DNA from: an uncultured Candidatus Saccharibacteria bacterium
Lineage (GTDB): Bacteria; Patescibacteriota; Doudnabacteria; UBA920
Direction: 5' to 3'
Assembly: GCA_964532425.1 (NCBI GenBank)
Contig: CAZHIA010000005.1
Coordinates: 2,772 to 66,771 of the forward strand
Length of the DNA: 64,000 nt
A model generated the notes under the pieces. That model was not told the DNA's origin and did no database searches. It was given only the letters and a program-made list of their open reading frames with translations. A program made the translations under genes and the position numbers. Shown in pieces: positions 47,548 to 57,814 of this stretch. Each line of letters begins with the position of its first letter. Within the stretch, counting starts at the first letter, position 1.

Positions 47548-48447
47548 TTACGGCCGGATCTGGGTGAAGATTGCCGGCAGGGCCGATGTCTTGTTGCGCA
47601 GTTCATAGAGACTGGCAGCGAGCGCCCAGCAGGGGTCGCACGTCCGCAGATGCTCTTGGGCTTGCTCGGAAAGAATAGTGCTTTCCGTAAAATTTGCAAG
47701 CTCATACGGCTGGAGGCAGTCCTCTGTTGGGTACTTGCTTTCTTGAACCCGCTTCCAGTCTTCGTCCATCAGCTGCCGTGCGCTTTTGGCTTGTCCGGTA
47801 CGCTCGCGCAATTCCACAGAACTACGGAGATACGCGAGGTGTACGCGGGTCATGCCGTCTTGCGCCAGCTGATCGAGTTCTTCGCGGGAAACATCGGTCC
47901 GATGAAGTAACTGGTGGAATTCGATCGCTTTGGGTAAGTTTTGGCTGGCGGCGGTGTGGTAATGTTTGAGCGCTTTGAGCCGGAAGCGGAGGATCTCGAT
48001 GATGTGCGGGAAGCGGGCCGCTTCGCGGAACAAAATTTCACAGTCACTCTCCGCGCTCTCAATGAGCAGGCTGGCGATCTTGAGCTCATCAGCCCGTCTG
48101 GAGATCTGTGTGCGTTGCAGATTGTGATAGAGTTCTTGTTCTGCAACGAGCAGGCTCAGTGGCGGATCCGGACGCCTGGAAAGCAGTGGGACCGGAAGCG
48201 TGAGGAACATTTCTTTAAGCTTAGCTTCAGCCGTTTGTTCCTTTGATCGCAGAAAGTGAAACCTGGGTTTAGCTTTTTCTGCGCCACTGATGCGATAGAA
48301 ATCGTCTAACTGGGACAGAGCCTTTTGGGCTTGCACCTGGTCTAGCCCCGAAAACCGGCAGATATCTTCCAAAGTGCCAGAACCTAACGCGCGTAAGGCA
48401 CCCAGGATTTTGTACTCGTTCAAGTCTGCTGCCTTGGTAAACAACAT
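47548..48447 (-). CDS. hypothetical protein: N-terminal HTH-like region, C-terminal HxxxCxxC motif
   Basis: GTLEDICRFSGLDQVQAQKALSQL; HLRTCDPC; AGGAGG SD. Confidence 0.7.
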   Translation of the reverse strand: MLFTKAADLNEYKILGALRALGSGTLEDICRFSGLDQVQAQKALSQLDDFYRISGAEKAKPRFHFLRSKEQTAEAKLKEMFLTLPVPLLSRRPDPPLSLLVAEQELYHNLQRTQISRRADELKIASLLIESAESDCEILFREAARFPHIIEILRFRLKALKHYHTAASQNLPKAIEFHQLLHRTDVSREELDQLAQDGMTRVHLAYLRSSVELRERTGQAKSARQLMDEDWKRVQESKYPTEDCLQPYELANFTESTILSEQAQEHLRTCDPCWALAASLYELRNKTSALPAIFTQIRP

Positions 48448-48609
48448 GTATTCCTCCTGTTCAGATTACCGCGTATCATAGCTTACATTTTGATCGCGGT
48501 CAATAGCTGCTTCTCAAGTGATTGATTCACCTCCATGGTCGCTATGGAGGGAAAATAAGAAGACACCGGGCATACGAGCTCGGTGTCTAGATCGGGCCTC
48601 ACGGCGCGA

Positions 48610-48855
48610 TTAAATGTTCACGGTGCGATGCAGCAGTCCGGGTGAGATCTTGTCGCCGGCATCGATTTGTCCGAGTACTGGTTCGGCGGCTTTGAATCTC
48701 TCCCTTAGGCGCACGGCTGACATCTCGCGAAGATGCAGATTTTTGCGCGCCGGATCGGCGTCGGTCTCGGAGCCGTCCATTTTGCCTCTGCTGCGCTGGT
48801 GGCGCAGGAAGATATCGATACGATCATGAATGTCCATGCTGCCGTCTGACTGCAT
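48610..48855 (-). CDS. small hypothetical protein
   Basis: 81 aa, AAGGAGG SD. Confidence 0.5.
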   Translation of the reverse strand: MQSDGSMDIHDRIDIFLRHQRSRGKMDGSETDADPARKNLHLREMSAVRLRERFKAAEPVLGQIDAGDKISPGLLHRTVNI

Positions 48856-48968
48856 TATAATGCCTCCTTGGGGCTGGTGATGTCCTCTGCTTTGAGGATG
48901 TTCGCCTGCCTGCCGAAGCCTTTTCTATTGCTACCGAGTTTTACTTACTTCATTTTGTGAAGAAAAGG

Positions 48969-50054
48969 TTAGGCGGTGGGATCACTTGGCTCTGGCAAGC
49001 GGGGGTGCTGGTGTTTGTAAATTACCACAACAGCAATGGCTAAAGCAAGCATGACACAGAATAGAATAAGTAAGGTAATGAGCTTGCCGAGGGACTGCAG
49101 AAAAACGGCAGAAAATCCAAAAATCGCGGATATGGCATAGAGCACCAAGACCGCCTGGCGCTGGGAAAGCCCAATATCGAGCAGTCGATGGTGCAAATGT
49201 TTGCGGTCGCCTTTAAACGGGCTTTGTCCGTACCAGAGCCGGCGTACGATGGCCCAGGCAATGTCCAAAATCGGAATACCCATTACAATTAGCGCGGTGG
49301 CAATCTTTCCTCCGAGAATAATGGACAGCACACCGATCATAAAACCTGCAAACGTGCTCCCCCCTTCCCCTAAGAATATCGTTGCGGGATAGAATGCGTA
49401 CACGAGGTAGCCCAGGAATGCCCCAGCCAGGATGATGGATAGTGTTGCCGTAATCGGCTGATTGATGCGCTCCGTGAGCGATAATGCAAAAATAGTCAAT
49501 GACGCGATGAGGGTAATGCCACCGCAGAGTCCGTCGATGCCGTCTAAAAATTTGGTAGTAAAAGTCATGCCCATCATCCAAATCCACATAGCGAAGTATG
49601 AGAATGGGATGCCGAAAACCATAAAGCCGATATTGATGGGATTGCCGAACGGGTTGGAAATGAACTTGATGCCCACTCCGATACCCGACAGGACGACTAT
49701 GAGCGAAGCGATAGCCGGGAACAACCACAGGATTTTTGGCTTCAGTACGTACTTGTCATCCAGAAAACCCCCGATCATCAGCACTGCTCCCCCGCCGAGA
49801 ATAGCCTCGAAAAATTTTTTGGGTACGACGGAATAGTCAGGATGCCCGAAGTTCATATAGGCCAGTACGCACAGCAAAAAGGTTGTGTACACCGCCAAAC
49901 CGCCGAGCAGTGGCGTGGGGGTTTTATGGATTTTGCGCGGTTCTTTGGGAATATCCAAAATTCCGGTCCGCCGAGCCGTCAGCCTGATGAGCGGGGTGAC
50001 AATAAGTGCGAGGACCGCCGCAGCTAGGAAATAAAATAAATAATACAAAGTCAT
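48969..50054 (-). CDS. undecaprenyl-phosphate GlcNAc-1-phosphate transferase (WecA/TagO; MraY-like family)
   Basis: RKIH..PTPLLGG, GFLDD, FLDGIDGL, IFLGEGGS, HLHHRL. Confidence 0.9.
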   Translation of the reverse strand: MTLYYLFYFLAAAVLALIVTPLIRLTARRTGILDIPKEPRKIHKTPTPLLGGLAVYTTFLLCVLAYMNFGHPDYSVVPKKFFEAILGGGAVLMIGGFLDDKYVLKPKILWLFPAIASLIVVLSGIGVGIKFISNPFGNPINIGFMVFGIPFSYFAMWIWMMGMTFTTKFLDGIDGLCGGITLIASLTIFALSLTERINQPITATLSIILAGAFLGYLVYAFYPATIFLGEGGSTFAGFMIGVLSIILGGKIATALIVMGIPILDIAWAIVRRLWYGQSPFKGDRKHLHHRLLDIGLSQRQAVLVLYAISAIFGFSAVFLQSLGKLITLLILFCVMLALAIAVVVIYKHQHPRLPEPSDPTA

Positions 50055-50058
50055 TGAA

Positions 50059-50913
50059 CTATTCATTGTGCAGGGCTTTTATTCTTTGGTTTTCCTCGAT
50101 ATATTCCGGCGAGTAATAATATTCGAACGTGCGTGGAAACAATGCAGGTGCCACATTGTAATTATGCAGTGCATTAAGCAAGTCCTGATATCGGTGGTAA
50201 AGCGCTTGGGAATCCTCGTCCAAGTTGATGCCATCATCCGGGTGCAAGGATTCAAGATTCATGAGAATACCTGCTACAATTTCAGTCTTATCGCAGAGCC
50301 TGACGAGATGGCTGTCAATGCGTTCGTCTTCAATTTCAAGCACTTTGTTGCCGGCGATCTCGATCTGTTTCGGCTGCTTAAGTTGAATGAGGTTGTAAGT
50401 GAGATCGCTCAGGTCGTCACTAATGTTGCCAGGATCGGCATACCAATAATTTCCATCGGAGGTTTGAACAATGCCAGCCACGTGCCGGGCAGGATTGGCA
50501 TAGATGTAAGAGATGCTGGCGCGCTCCATGAGCCGCTGCATGAGCATCGTTTGGCCGGTACAGTTGACCTTGCCGGTTTCCTGGATGATCTTCGGGAAGG
50601 AACCACACTTCATATAGTCCAAGCCTTTGAGCTGGACGAGCGCTGCTTTGCAAATTTCCAACTCTTCTTCGGTTGACTTTCCGGGATTTTCCCAGCCTTC
50701 AGGCAGCTGAATGCCGAGCTGGTCGATTGTTTGATCAATCGCGGGCTGCAGGGAGTCATACAGCGCGCTGACAATCTGGTCCCTGTCGCCGCTTTCCAGG
50801 TCCCCTGCATCGCATCCAACAATCTCGCGCCATACTTCAGCCGTTGTTTTCAATGCTTCCCGTTTTTGCAGTTCAGTGGCTTCTGTTTCGAAATAGAAAT
50901 TTTCGTTTTGCAT
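50059..50913 (-). CDS. transglutaminase/papain-like fold hypothetical protein
   Basis: GKVNCTG...RHVAGIV...WYADP spacing suggests a Cys-His-Asp triad. Confidence 0.55.
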   Translation of the reverse strand: MQNENFYFETEATELQKREALKTTAEVWREIVGCDAGDLESGDRDQIVSALYDSLQPAIDQTIDQLGIQLPEGWENPGKSTEEELEICKAALVQLKGLDYMKCGSFPKIIQETGKVNCTGQTMLMQRLMERASISYIYANPARHVAGIVQTSDGNYWYADPGNISDDLSDLTYNLIQLKQPKQIEIAGNKVLEIEDERIDSHLVRLCDKTEIVAGILMNLESLHPDDGINLDEDSQALYHRYQDLLNALHNYNVAPALFPRTFEYYYSPEYIEENQRIKALHNE

Positions 50914-50989
50914 TTTGGTGGTGTAGCGAGTCGATTTATACGTCCCATGGGTCGCTTAGGACTTATATGTCCTATCGATCCCATTCATC

Positions 50990-52648
50990 CTATTGCTCAA
51001 CTATTTGCATTTCTTTCATAGCAAGGCCGGTATTCTCTCCTTTGCGCGCCTTGGGAGTGACCCAGAATTCCAGATACCACCCGAACATTAAGCGCGTTTG
51101 GGCTTCAATAGCTGGCAAGCTGGTGAACAGTGTGGTGGTAATGGGAACCAGGAACCATTGCAAATACATCATAACACTCCGCCACACACTGTACTTTTTC
51201 GGCCGCGGCGGCAAAAGGATAAGATTGATGTATACGGAAAAGATTAGAAAGAATGTAGCCACGGTCATCAGCGTTTTGGTGGCCAGTGGCAAGTTAAAGG
51301 CTAGTACGCTGCCTAAAAATTCATTGTTGCCCAAAAATAACGGGAGCCAGCCGAGCATGGAAATAAGAATGCTGGCGGTAGCCCAGTTGAAATTGCCTTC
51401 CACATACTGATAGAGCTTGTACATTCTGTCCCAGAATGGCGCTTCCGATTTGAGCAATTGCGGGATGAGATGCGGGTAGTACTCGACGTTGTATGCCCAG
51501 CGCCGCTTCTGCTTATATTGGTTTTTGAGAGTCTGCCACGTGGTATCAGCCAGGCAAGTATCGAGCGAAATGGGAATAAACAGCGGGACCACCTGGTAGT
51601 CACCCTTAAAATGCAGATAGCACTGCCAGTAGATATACCCATCTTCGTTGACGATATCCTTTTTCCAATAGCCGACTTCCTTTAGGGCTTTGAGGGTCAT
51701 GGTGTGAGAGGAAAACGTGCGGAGGCGGTCAGGACGGCTGCTTTCCGTGAACTGGAAGAAAGAATTGGAAACGGAGACCACGCGGATAATAGCCGGGCTG
51801 TCCCAAATGTTGTTATTATACAGGGCAATCGGCTGATAGCTGCTCTGGTACGGTTTCTTCGCAGTCAGGAATTCGTACATGACGCGGGCAAAGTACTGCG
51901 GATGGACAATCGTATCCGAGTCGAAATTGGATACCAGTACCTGTTCGTCAGTAATACCGAGCCGCTCGAGTTCAGGCAGGACTGTTTTGACTGCATAACT
52001 GGCATTGGCGCTCTTGCCTTTGATTTCGCCTTCCAGTCCGTCAGGATGGGCCGTAATAAAGAACTGGAAAAAGTCTTGTCCATATTTCTCTTTGGCCTGA
52101 ATGCCTACTTGCTCCGCATTCTTTCCTGCGCGCTCCTCCCGTGCGAGCAGGATCATAATCTTGTCTTTGGGATAATTGGACCGCTTGATGGCATCCAAAG
52201 TCGAGTTCAGTACCTCCAGACTTTCATCCACGAACGGAATAAGAACCAAATGGTAGTAGCGGGTGTAATCGGCTCCGGTTTTACCCGAGGCTATGAGATT
52301 TCCGAGACGAGCGGTTTCCTGTTCTAGATAGTCGCGTTCGACTTGGGTGTGGACGTTTGGCCGCAAAGATTCCAATGTTTGGCGCAATTGTGAAAAATCT
52401 GCCAATTCTTCGGCGCGCTTCAGCCAATTGATGGTAACGAAAACGCGAAATTTCCGGTAGCTGGCAACCAAATGGCTGGCGACATTCAACGCCTTCAATA
52501 CCCAATAAAGGTCAAAGCAGATAATAAAGATCGCGGCCACTACCGGAGCATAATACGAAAGCAGGACTGAGCCTAAAAATACCATCCAGAATTGCAGTCC
52601 TGGCAAAATTTCCCACACTCTTTCGGATACGGAACGTTTTCTGAACAT
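50990..52648 (-). CDS. membrane glycosyltransferase family 2
   Basis: GKSAN, FDSD, NED, QKRRW (QxxRW), flanking TM helices. Confidence 0.88.
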   Translation of the reverse strand: MFRKRSVSERVWEILPGLQFWMVFLGSVLLSYYAPVVAAIFIICFDLYWVLKALNVASHLVASYRKFRVFVTINWLKRAEELADFSQLRQTLESLRPNVHTQVERDYLEQETARLGNLIASGKTGADYTRYYHLVLIPFVDESLEVLNSTLDAIKRSNYPKDKIMILLAREERAGKNAEQVGIQAKEKYGQDFFQFFITAHPDGLEGEIKGKSANASYAVKTVLPELERLGITDEQVLVSNFDSDTIVHPQYFARVMYEFLTAKKPYQSSYQPIALYNNNIWDSPAIIRVVSVSNSFFQFTESSRPDRLRTFSSHTMTLKALKEVGYWKKDIVNEDGYIYWQCYLHFKGDYQVVPLFIPISLDTCLADTTWQTLKNQYKQKRRWAYNVEYYPHLIPQLLKSEAPFWDRMYKLYQYVEGNFNWATASILISMLGWLPLFLGNNEFLGSVLAFNLPLATKTLMTVATFFLIFSVYINLILLPPRPKKYSVWRSVMMYLQWFLVPITTTLFTSLPAIEAQTRLMFGWYLEFWVTPKARKGENTGLAMKEMQIVEQ

Positions 52649-52724
52649 GAATTATTTGAATAGTAATAAATCTGAGAGGTTGTCTGAAAAATCGCCTTCG
52701 TAGCGAAGTTTCGATCGAAACCTC

Positions 52725-53069
52725 TCAGCTGAATCTCGAAATAAACATTACGGCTATAAGCAGCACAAGCTGAACCCCGGCGCTGACAAATGCGCTCAAG
52801 AAGGACAGAAAACGCTGTTCGTTCTTTAGCATCCTGAAAAAAATAAAATTAGCCACGGCAATAGCCAGGCCAGCAGCGGGAATATTGTACATAGTTATCC
52901 CCTTGCCGTATAGGTCAACACCGGAAAGAACGTTGTAATGCAGAGCCAACGTAGCATCAGTTGGGTGAATTTTGTAATAAATGAACAAAAATGTTATAAT
53001 ATTAAGGCTCAAGGCAACGAGCCAGAGAAACAAAATATTGTCCAATAATCTAAAAAATCGATTAAGCAT
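52725..53069 (-). CDS. small membrane protein (3 TM)
   Basis: LHYNVLSGVD loop between TM helices. Confidence 0.75.
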   Translation of the reverse strand: MLNRFFRLLDNILFLWLVALSLNIITFLFIYYKIHPTDATLALHYNVLSGVDLYGKGITMYNIPAAGLAIAVANFIFFRMLKNEQRFLSFLSAFVSAGVQLVLLIAVMFISRFS

Positions 53070-53091
53070 ATACTGCCTGAATAATGTATCT

Positions 53092-53256
53092 TTAGGACTT
53101 ACGCGCTTCGCCTAAAACATAGACACTCGGGCGAAACCCACAAGGGGCTTACCGGCTGGTTGCGTTATTTTGCTCCGGTTTTGCTCACCGCAGCTTGCTA
53201 CGCCTCGCAAAATCCTCACAAAATGCCTTGCCAGCGGGTAAGCGCGTAAGTCCTAA
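53092..53256. mobile_element. 165-bp MITE-like element, copy 2
   Basis: Perfect 17-bp TIR TTAGGACTTACGCGCTT/AAGCGCGTAAGTCCTAA. Confidence 0.75.
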
Positions 53257-53300
53257 GCTTGTCAGTATTATACTAAAAACAGGCGGTTTAAGGCAATTGT

Positions 53301-55088
53301 ATGACAGCATTTCAAAAAACTGTGTTCGCAGCGGTGTTTGTGCTCGCCTTGTTTTTTAGGTTCGATCAGATCCAGCTTATGCCCGGCGGACTGTTTCCAG
53401 ATGAAGCGGCGAACGGGCTGGATATCAATTTAATGCAGCAGGGCCATCTGCAGCCGTTCTATGAACGAGGGAACGGCCGTGAGGCGCTGTTCTTTTATTT
53501 GGAGTGGGCCAGCGTGGCTGCTTTTGGCAAAGGCCCCTGGCAGCATCATATTGTTTCTGCGGCGATCGGAGTCATGTCTGTTGTGCTGTGCTATTTCGTA
53601 ACATACCGCCTGTTCATGATGGACGTGTTGCCGGGGGACGAGAAGAAGAAGCGGCGCGCAATTAATATTGCCCTGCTTGCCATGTTTCTCATGGCGGTCA
53701 GTAGCTGGCACACGGTACTATCGCGCACAGCTTTTCGGGCGACCATGATCCCACTCATGTCAGCGTTAACGATATACTTCCTGCTCAGAACTTACCAGGC
53801 ATCCACCACTAAGGCTCGTTTCTGGTTTGCAGCCTTGAGCGGGGCCAGCTTTGCGTTAGGATTCTATACGTATATCGCTTTCCGCATCATGGCGCCGATT
53901 ATCGTAATGGCATTAATCTGGCCCTGGCTGTCAACGCTCAAGACGCGAGCTTTCATGACTGCGGTCAAGCGGTACGTTATGCCGGCAATGATGTTCGTTG
54001 TGGCATTCATTATTTTCTTCTACCCACTCGGCAAATACTTTGTTACTCACCCCGATTCATTTGTCGGACGCAGCGGGCAGGTTTCGGTCTTTAATCCTGA
54101 ACTGTATACGGTTAACGGCGTGCAGCTGCATGGCACCCCTCCCCTCTCTACGGTACTACAGGCTATGGGTGAGGTTTTTAAAACTACCATGTTCGGGTTC
54201 TTCACGCACGGCGATCTGAACTGGCGGCATAATATTTCAGGTTACCCATTCCTCTCACCGCTGGTCAGCCCGTTTTTTGCCCTAGGACTGGCGGGGTGCA
54301 CCATTTTTGCAATCTGGTATTTTATTGCACCGGTCAAGCGCAGGGAATGGTGGAAGTTTTATCTGCTTTTTGGGTGGTTCTTTGGCATGCTCCTGCCGGT
54401 CATCACCACGGCAGAAGGCATTCCGCATGGATTGCGAACCATCGGCGTCATTCCCGCCGTATTCATCCTTGCCGCTTGGGCACTCTATGAGTTCAGCGGA
54501 CTACTGCTCAAGCTGCACCGCCGTATTTGGGAAAAGTGCTGGTGCCATTTCGGCAAGCACTATCCGTATGACGAAGAGGTTATGCAAAGCCGGAACCTCG
54601 CTATAAACAGCCACCACTGTACCCGCTATAGGGTCATGAACTGGCTCTTGGTTCTGGTGGTTGTCTGTTACGGTGCGGCGCTTGTGGTTCAAACCTATTC
54701 TCTATACTTTGTGTATGCTGCAAATTCGCCGGAAAATTTCTTTTACTTCCGTTCGGACCTTACAGAAGTAAGCCAGTATCTCGTCAACCGCTGCAAAAAA
54801 GATTCGACGTACCTGGTGCTCGACAAGTTTTCGGTGCAGACCACGGATTATCTGACGAGCGACCCGCACGGTAATTTTAATAGTCCCTGCAACGTCCCCT
54901 ACCGCCAGGTCGATCCGGAAAATGCGTGGCAGCTGCAAGATCTTAAACCTGGCGACGCCGTCGTGTTTACGCAGTCGTCAGTGTTCGATACCGTCAAATT
55001 CAAACAGTATCATCCGGAAATGCACCTGACCCTGGAGGAACGAAATAAATTCAAACAGGCGGTCATGGCCGTGTATGAGATGAAGTGA
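53301..55088 (+). CDS. GT-C fold membrane glycosyltransferase (ArnT/PMT-like)
   Basis: PGGLFPDEA in the first loop, many TM helices. Confidence 0.82.
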   Translation: MTAFQKTVFAAVFVLALFFRFDQIQLMPGGLFPDEAANGLDINLMQQGHLQPFYERGNGREALFFYLEWASVAAFGKGPWQHHIVSAAIGVMSVVLCYFVTYRLFMMDVLPGDEKKKRRAINIALLAMFLMAVSSWHTVLSRTAFRATMIPLMSALTIYFLLRTYQASTTKARFWFAALSGASFALGFYTYIAFRIMAPIIVMALIWPWLSTLKTRAFMTAVKRYVMPAMMFVVAFIIFFYPLGKYFVTHPDSFVGRSGQVSVFNPELYTVNGVQLHGTPPLSTVLQAMGEVFKTTMFGFFTHGDLNWRHNISGYPFLSPLVSPFFALGLAGCTIFAIWYFIAPVKRREWWKFYLLFGWFFGMLLPVITTAEGIPHGLRTIGVIPAVFILAAWALYEFSGLLLKLHRRIWEKCWCHFGKHYPYDEEVMQSRNLAINSHHCTRYRVMNWLLVLVVVCYGAALVVQTYSLYFVYAANSPENFFYFRSDLTEVSQYLVNRCKKDSTYLVLDKFSVQTTDYLTSDPHGNFNSPCNVPYRQVDPENAWQLQDLKPGDAVVFTQSSVFDTVKFKQYHPEMHLTLEERNKFKQAVMAVYEMK

Positions 55089-55196
55089 CGAAGGGGCAAA
55101 CAAATGACATTTGACAATTAATAATTGACTCGTGCTCGTGAGGGCAGTGCCCCATAAGGCTGCCCTCACATTCCTGCAACCTGAAATCAATATCCT

Positions 55197-56786
55197 ATGT
55201 TAAAAAAATATTGGCCACTCTTTGGTTCGCTCATCGTAGCAGCTATCATCAGGATCCAGCATTTAACTTCTATCAGCCTTTGGCACGATGAGGCATTCTC
55301 AGCTCTTTTGATCAGATATCCCTGGGGAGAGATGATGCACCGCATAGGCCTTGATGTACATCCGCCGATGTACTATATCTTTTTGCGCTTTTGGCATTAC
55401 GCCTTTGGTGATTCCATGTGGTCACTTCGGGGTTTTTCGGCGCTTTTCGGGATTTTGACGGTTTTTGCGGTATGGCTCCTAGTTAAAGAGGCCTTTAAAA
55501 GCGAAAAAATGGCCTTTTGGGCGGCCTTTTTAGCCGCTCTGAGCCCATTTCAGGCCGAGTACGTGACTGAGGCCAGAATGTATACTATGGGGGCATTTTT
55601 CGCAGTCTTGTCCGCATACTTTCTAGTAAAAGCTCTGCATGACCAAAAGCTGCTGGCTGCAGATGACCGACTCCATATACCGAACCTGCCGCAGGACATC
55701 AAACTCAAGCGCATGATGCGCCTGAACTATCTCGGGTATGCGGTTTCTACCGCCGTCATTATCCTGACCCACTACTACCTGCTGTTCACTGCCGCAGCAA
55801 TCGGTTTGTACGGATTAGTCTACGCCGTTTTTCATTTCAGGCACGACATAAAAAAGTATGCAGAACTGTTTGCGGCATATATCCTAATCGGCCTGGCGTT
55901 CCTCCCCTGGCTGAAGGTTTTCCTGTTCCAATACCGACAGGTAGGGGCAGGTTACTGGATTCCGAAGACGACGTTTTGGAGCATCCCTGATACGCTGTGG
56001 ACCATGCTTTTAAATTTCACCCATGACGTCAACAATCACACAACGCAAAAGTTGTTGTTGCTCGTAGCCCTGTTTTCTATTTACTTCCTTATCGAATTCT
56101 TGCGCAAGACGCAGCAGTTTGAAAAGTGGCTGGTGGTACTCGCTTTGCTTGCTCCGTTCGGCGGCGCATTCCTGTTCGAAGTTTTAGCACGCATGAAAGG
56201 CAGCACCAGCTCGGTCTATCAGGTTCGATATTTTCTGTTTGCCAGCACATTCTATACCATCGCCTTAGCTGCCTGGTTGTCGCAGATAAAGACCAAAGCA
56301 ATTGGTATAACATTGCTCGGTTTGTATGCGATAACGAATGTCACCGCGATTTATAACTACTGGCATCAGCTGAACGTCTCTAGCAGGCCGGGCATGAACG
56401 CCGCTGCTAAATATCTTGGCGCAAATGTCGAACCGGGCCAGCACGTTTTTTTGGGAACGTCGTTTGAATTTTTCAACTACAAGTATTACGCGCAAACATA
56501 TTATAAGATCCCTACTCGTCCGCAGCTGTACACTGGCGGTCGGGCGCAAGCCAGCCAGATGTCCCACGTGGAAGGCTCCGCTATTTTAGCCGATTTCGAT
56601 TTAGTGCCCGATTTCCAGCAAGCGACCACAAACAGCGACACGGTATGGCTGGTATGGACCTACGCCTTTGGATCCAACAAGCCCGAGACTCCCAAGAACT
56701 GGGTACAGATCTCAGAAAAAGAATACCCTGACGTAAGGCCATATGTAGGAACGTCGATCTATGTGACGGAGTACAGGGTCAATTAA
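55197..56786 (+). CDS. GT-C fold membrane glycosyltransferase (PMT-like)
   Basis: SLWHDEAFS, DVHPPMYY, EARMY, THY. Confidence 0.85.
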   Translation: MLKKYWPLFGSLIVAAIIRIQHLTSISLWHDEAFSALLIRYPWGEMMHRIGLDVHPPMYYIFLRFWHYAFGDSMWSLRGFSALFGILTVFAVWLLVKEAFKSEKMAFWAAFLAALSPFQAEYVTEARMYTMGAFFAVLSAYFLVKALHDQKLLAADDRLHIPNLPQDIKLKRMMRLNYLGYAVSTAVIILTHYYLLFTAAAIGLYGLVYAVFHFRHDIKKYAELFAAYILIGLAFLPWLKVFLFQYRQVGAGYWIPKTTFWSIPDTLWTMLLNFTHDVNNHTTQKLLLLVALFSIYFLIEFLRKTQQFEKWLVVLALLAPFGGAFLFEVLARMKGSTSSVYQVRYFLFASTFYTIALAAWLSQIKTKAIGITLLGLYAITNVTAIYNYWHQLNVSSRPGMNAAAKYLGANVEPGQHVFLGTSFEFFNYKYYAQTYYKIPTRPQLYTGGRAQASQMSHVEGSAILADFDLVPDFQQATTNSDTVWLVWTYAFGSNKPETPKNWVQISEKEYPDVRPYVGTSIYVTEYRVN

Positions 56787-56992
56787 AAAATAGAAATATT
56801 AAACGGCCCCGTGCGGGGCCGTTTGGTTACATGCAATTCACTGTAATTGAGCGATCGGCTCAGTTATGGTGAATTGATTTTTCGACGGAAAAGCCTTTCA
56901 GATGGCCTAAAAAAAACTTTATAAATATGCGAAAATTGCGGTTGACTGCTTGCCTTAGGCCTCCTATAATGACCGTGCTTTAAAGGAGGCAT

Positions 56993-57724
56993 ATGGAACA
57001 CACTGCTTTGCTGGAAATGAAACGGTCAGCGAAATCCTTTGACCGTCAGGCAATTGAGCGATACCGGAGCGGTCTGCAAACCGCGCAGGACACAATCAGT
57101 GTTCAGAAAGAGATGATGAAAGGCTTGCTTGGTATCGAACGCAGGGCTCAACAAAAGCTCAAGGCCAACATTCAATCGATCCAGGAGAACACCAGGCGCA
57201 TCGAGCCGTTTACGGCACTGGCCGAAAAATACAGCCGGTTGAGTCTTCAGCCATTGAAATTGCGGGACCAATCCGGCTGGCCCAAGCTTGTCGTTTTCAG
57301 CCTTGAAGCTTCGCGCTTCTCTTTGGGTTGCGTTTGCACCACGGACGGCTGGAGCGGCAGCGCAAGCTTCCGTCGCAGGGTAATGCCGGCTAAGCTTCCT
57401 TCAAAGATCGTAGAGTGCTATGACGACGTACTCAGGAAGCTGGCGCAAATGAGCAGGAGTGCCGGCAGATCGGTCTCCATCACGTGCGAGTTTGACGGGA
57501 TCATCCCGGCCGATGTCAAGGTGAAAATTCTGGAAAGCAAGAAAGACTTCCAGCAGATTTTCATCATCGCAGAGTCAACGGGGTTTGTCGTAGAACAAAA
57601 AGCGCCGACGATCATCCAAAGGGATCCTATAGTTGCCGGTTTTGACGGAAACGATCTGTGGCTGATCGCCGACTTTGACACAACTCCGGTCGAAGAGGGT
57701 ATGATCTTCACGGTTCCCGAGTAG
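56993..57724 (+). CDS. hypothetical protein with N-terminal coiled coil
   Basis: TTGACT-N17-TATAAT (56942-56970), AAGGAGG SD, C-terminal DPIVAG...LWLIADFD. Confidence 0.75.
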   Translation: MEHTALLEMKRSAKSFDRQAIERYRSGLQTAQDTISVQKEMMKGLLGIERRAQQKLKANIQSIQENTRRIEPFTALAEKYSRLSLQPLKLRDQSGWPKLVVFSLEASRFSLGCVCTTDGWSGSASFRRRVMPAKLPSKIVECYDDVLRKLAQMSRSAGRSVSITCEFDGIIPADVKVKILESKKDFQQIFIIAESTGFVVEQKAPTIIQRDPIVAGFDGNDLWLIADFDTTPVEEGMIFTVPE

Positions 57725-57814
57725 GCGCCTAAGCGCGCAATCAAAACTCCCCGGAATATATTTCCCGGGGAGTTTTCTGCTTTTTACTATTCACTATTCA
57801 CTATTCGCTGGTTC

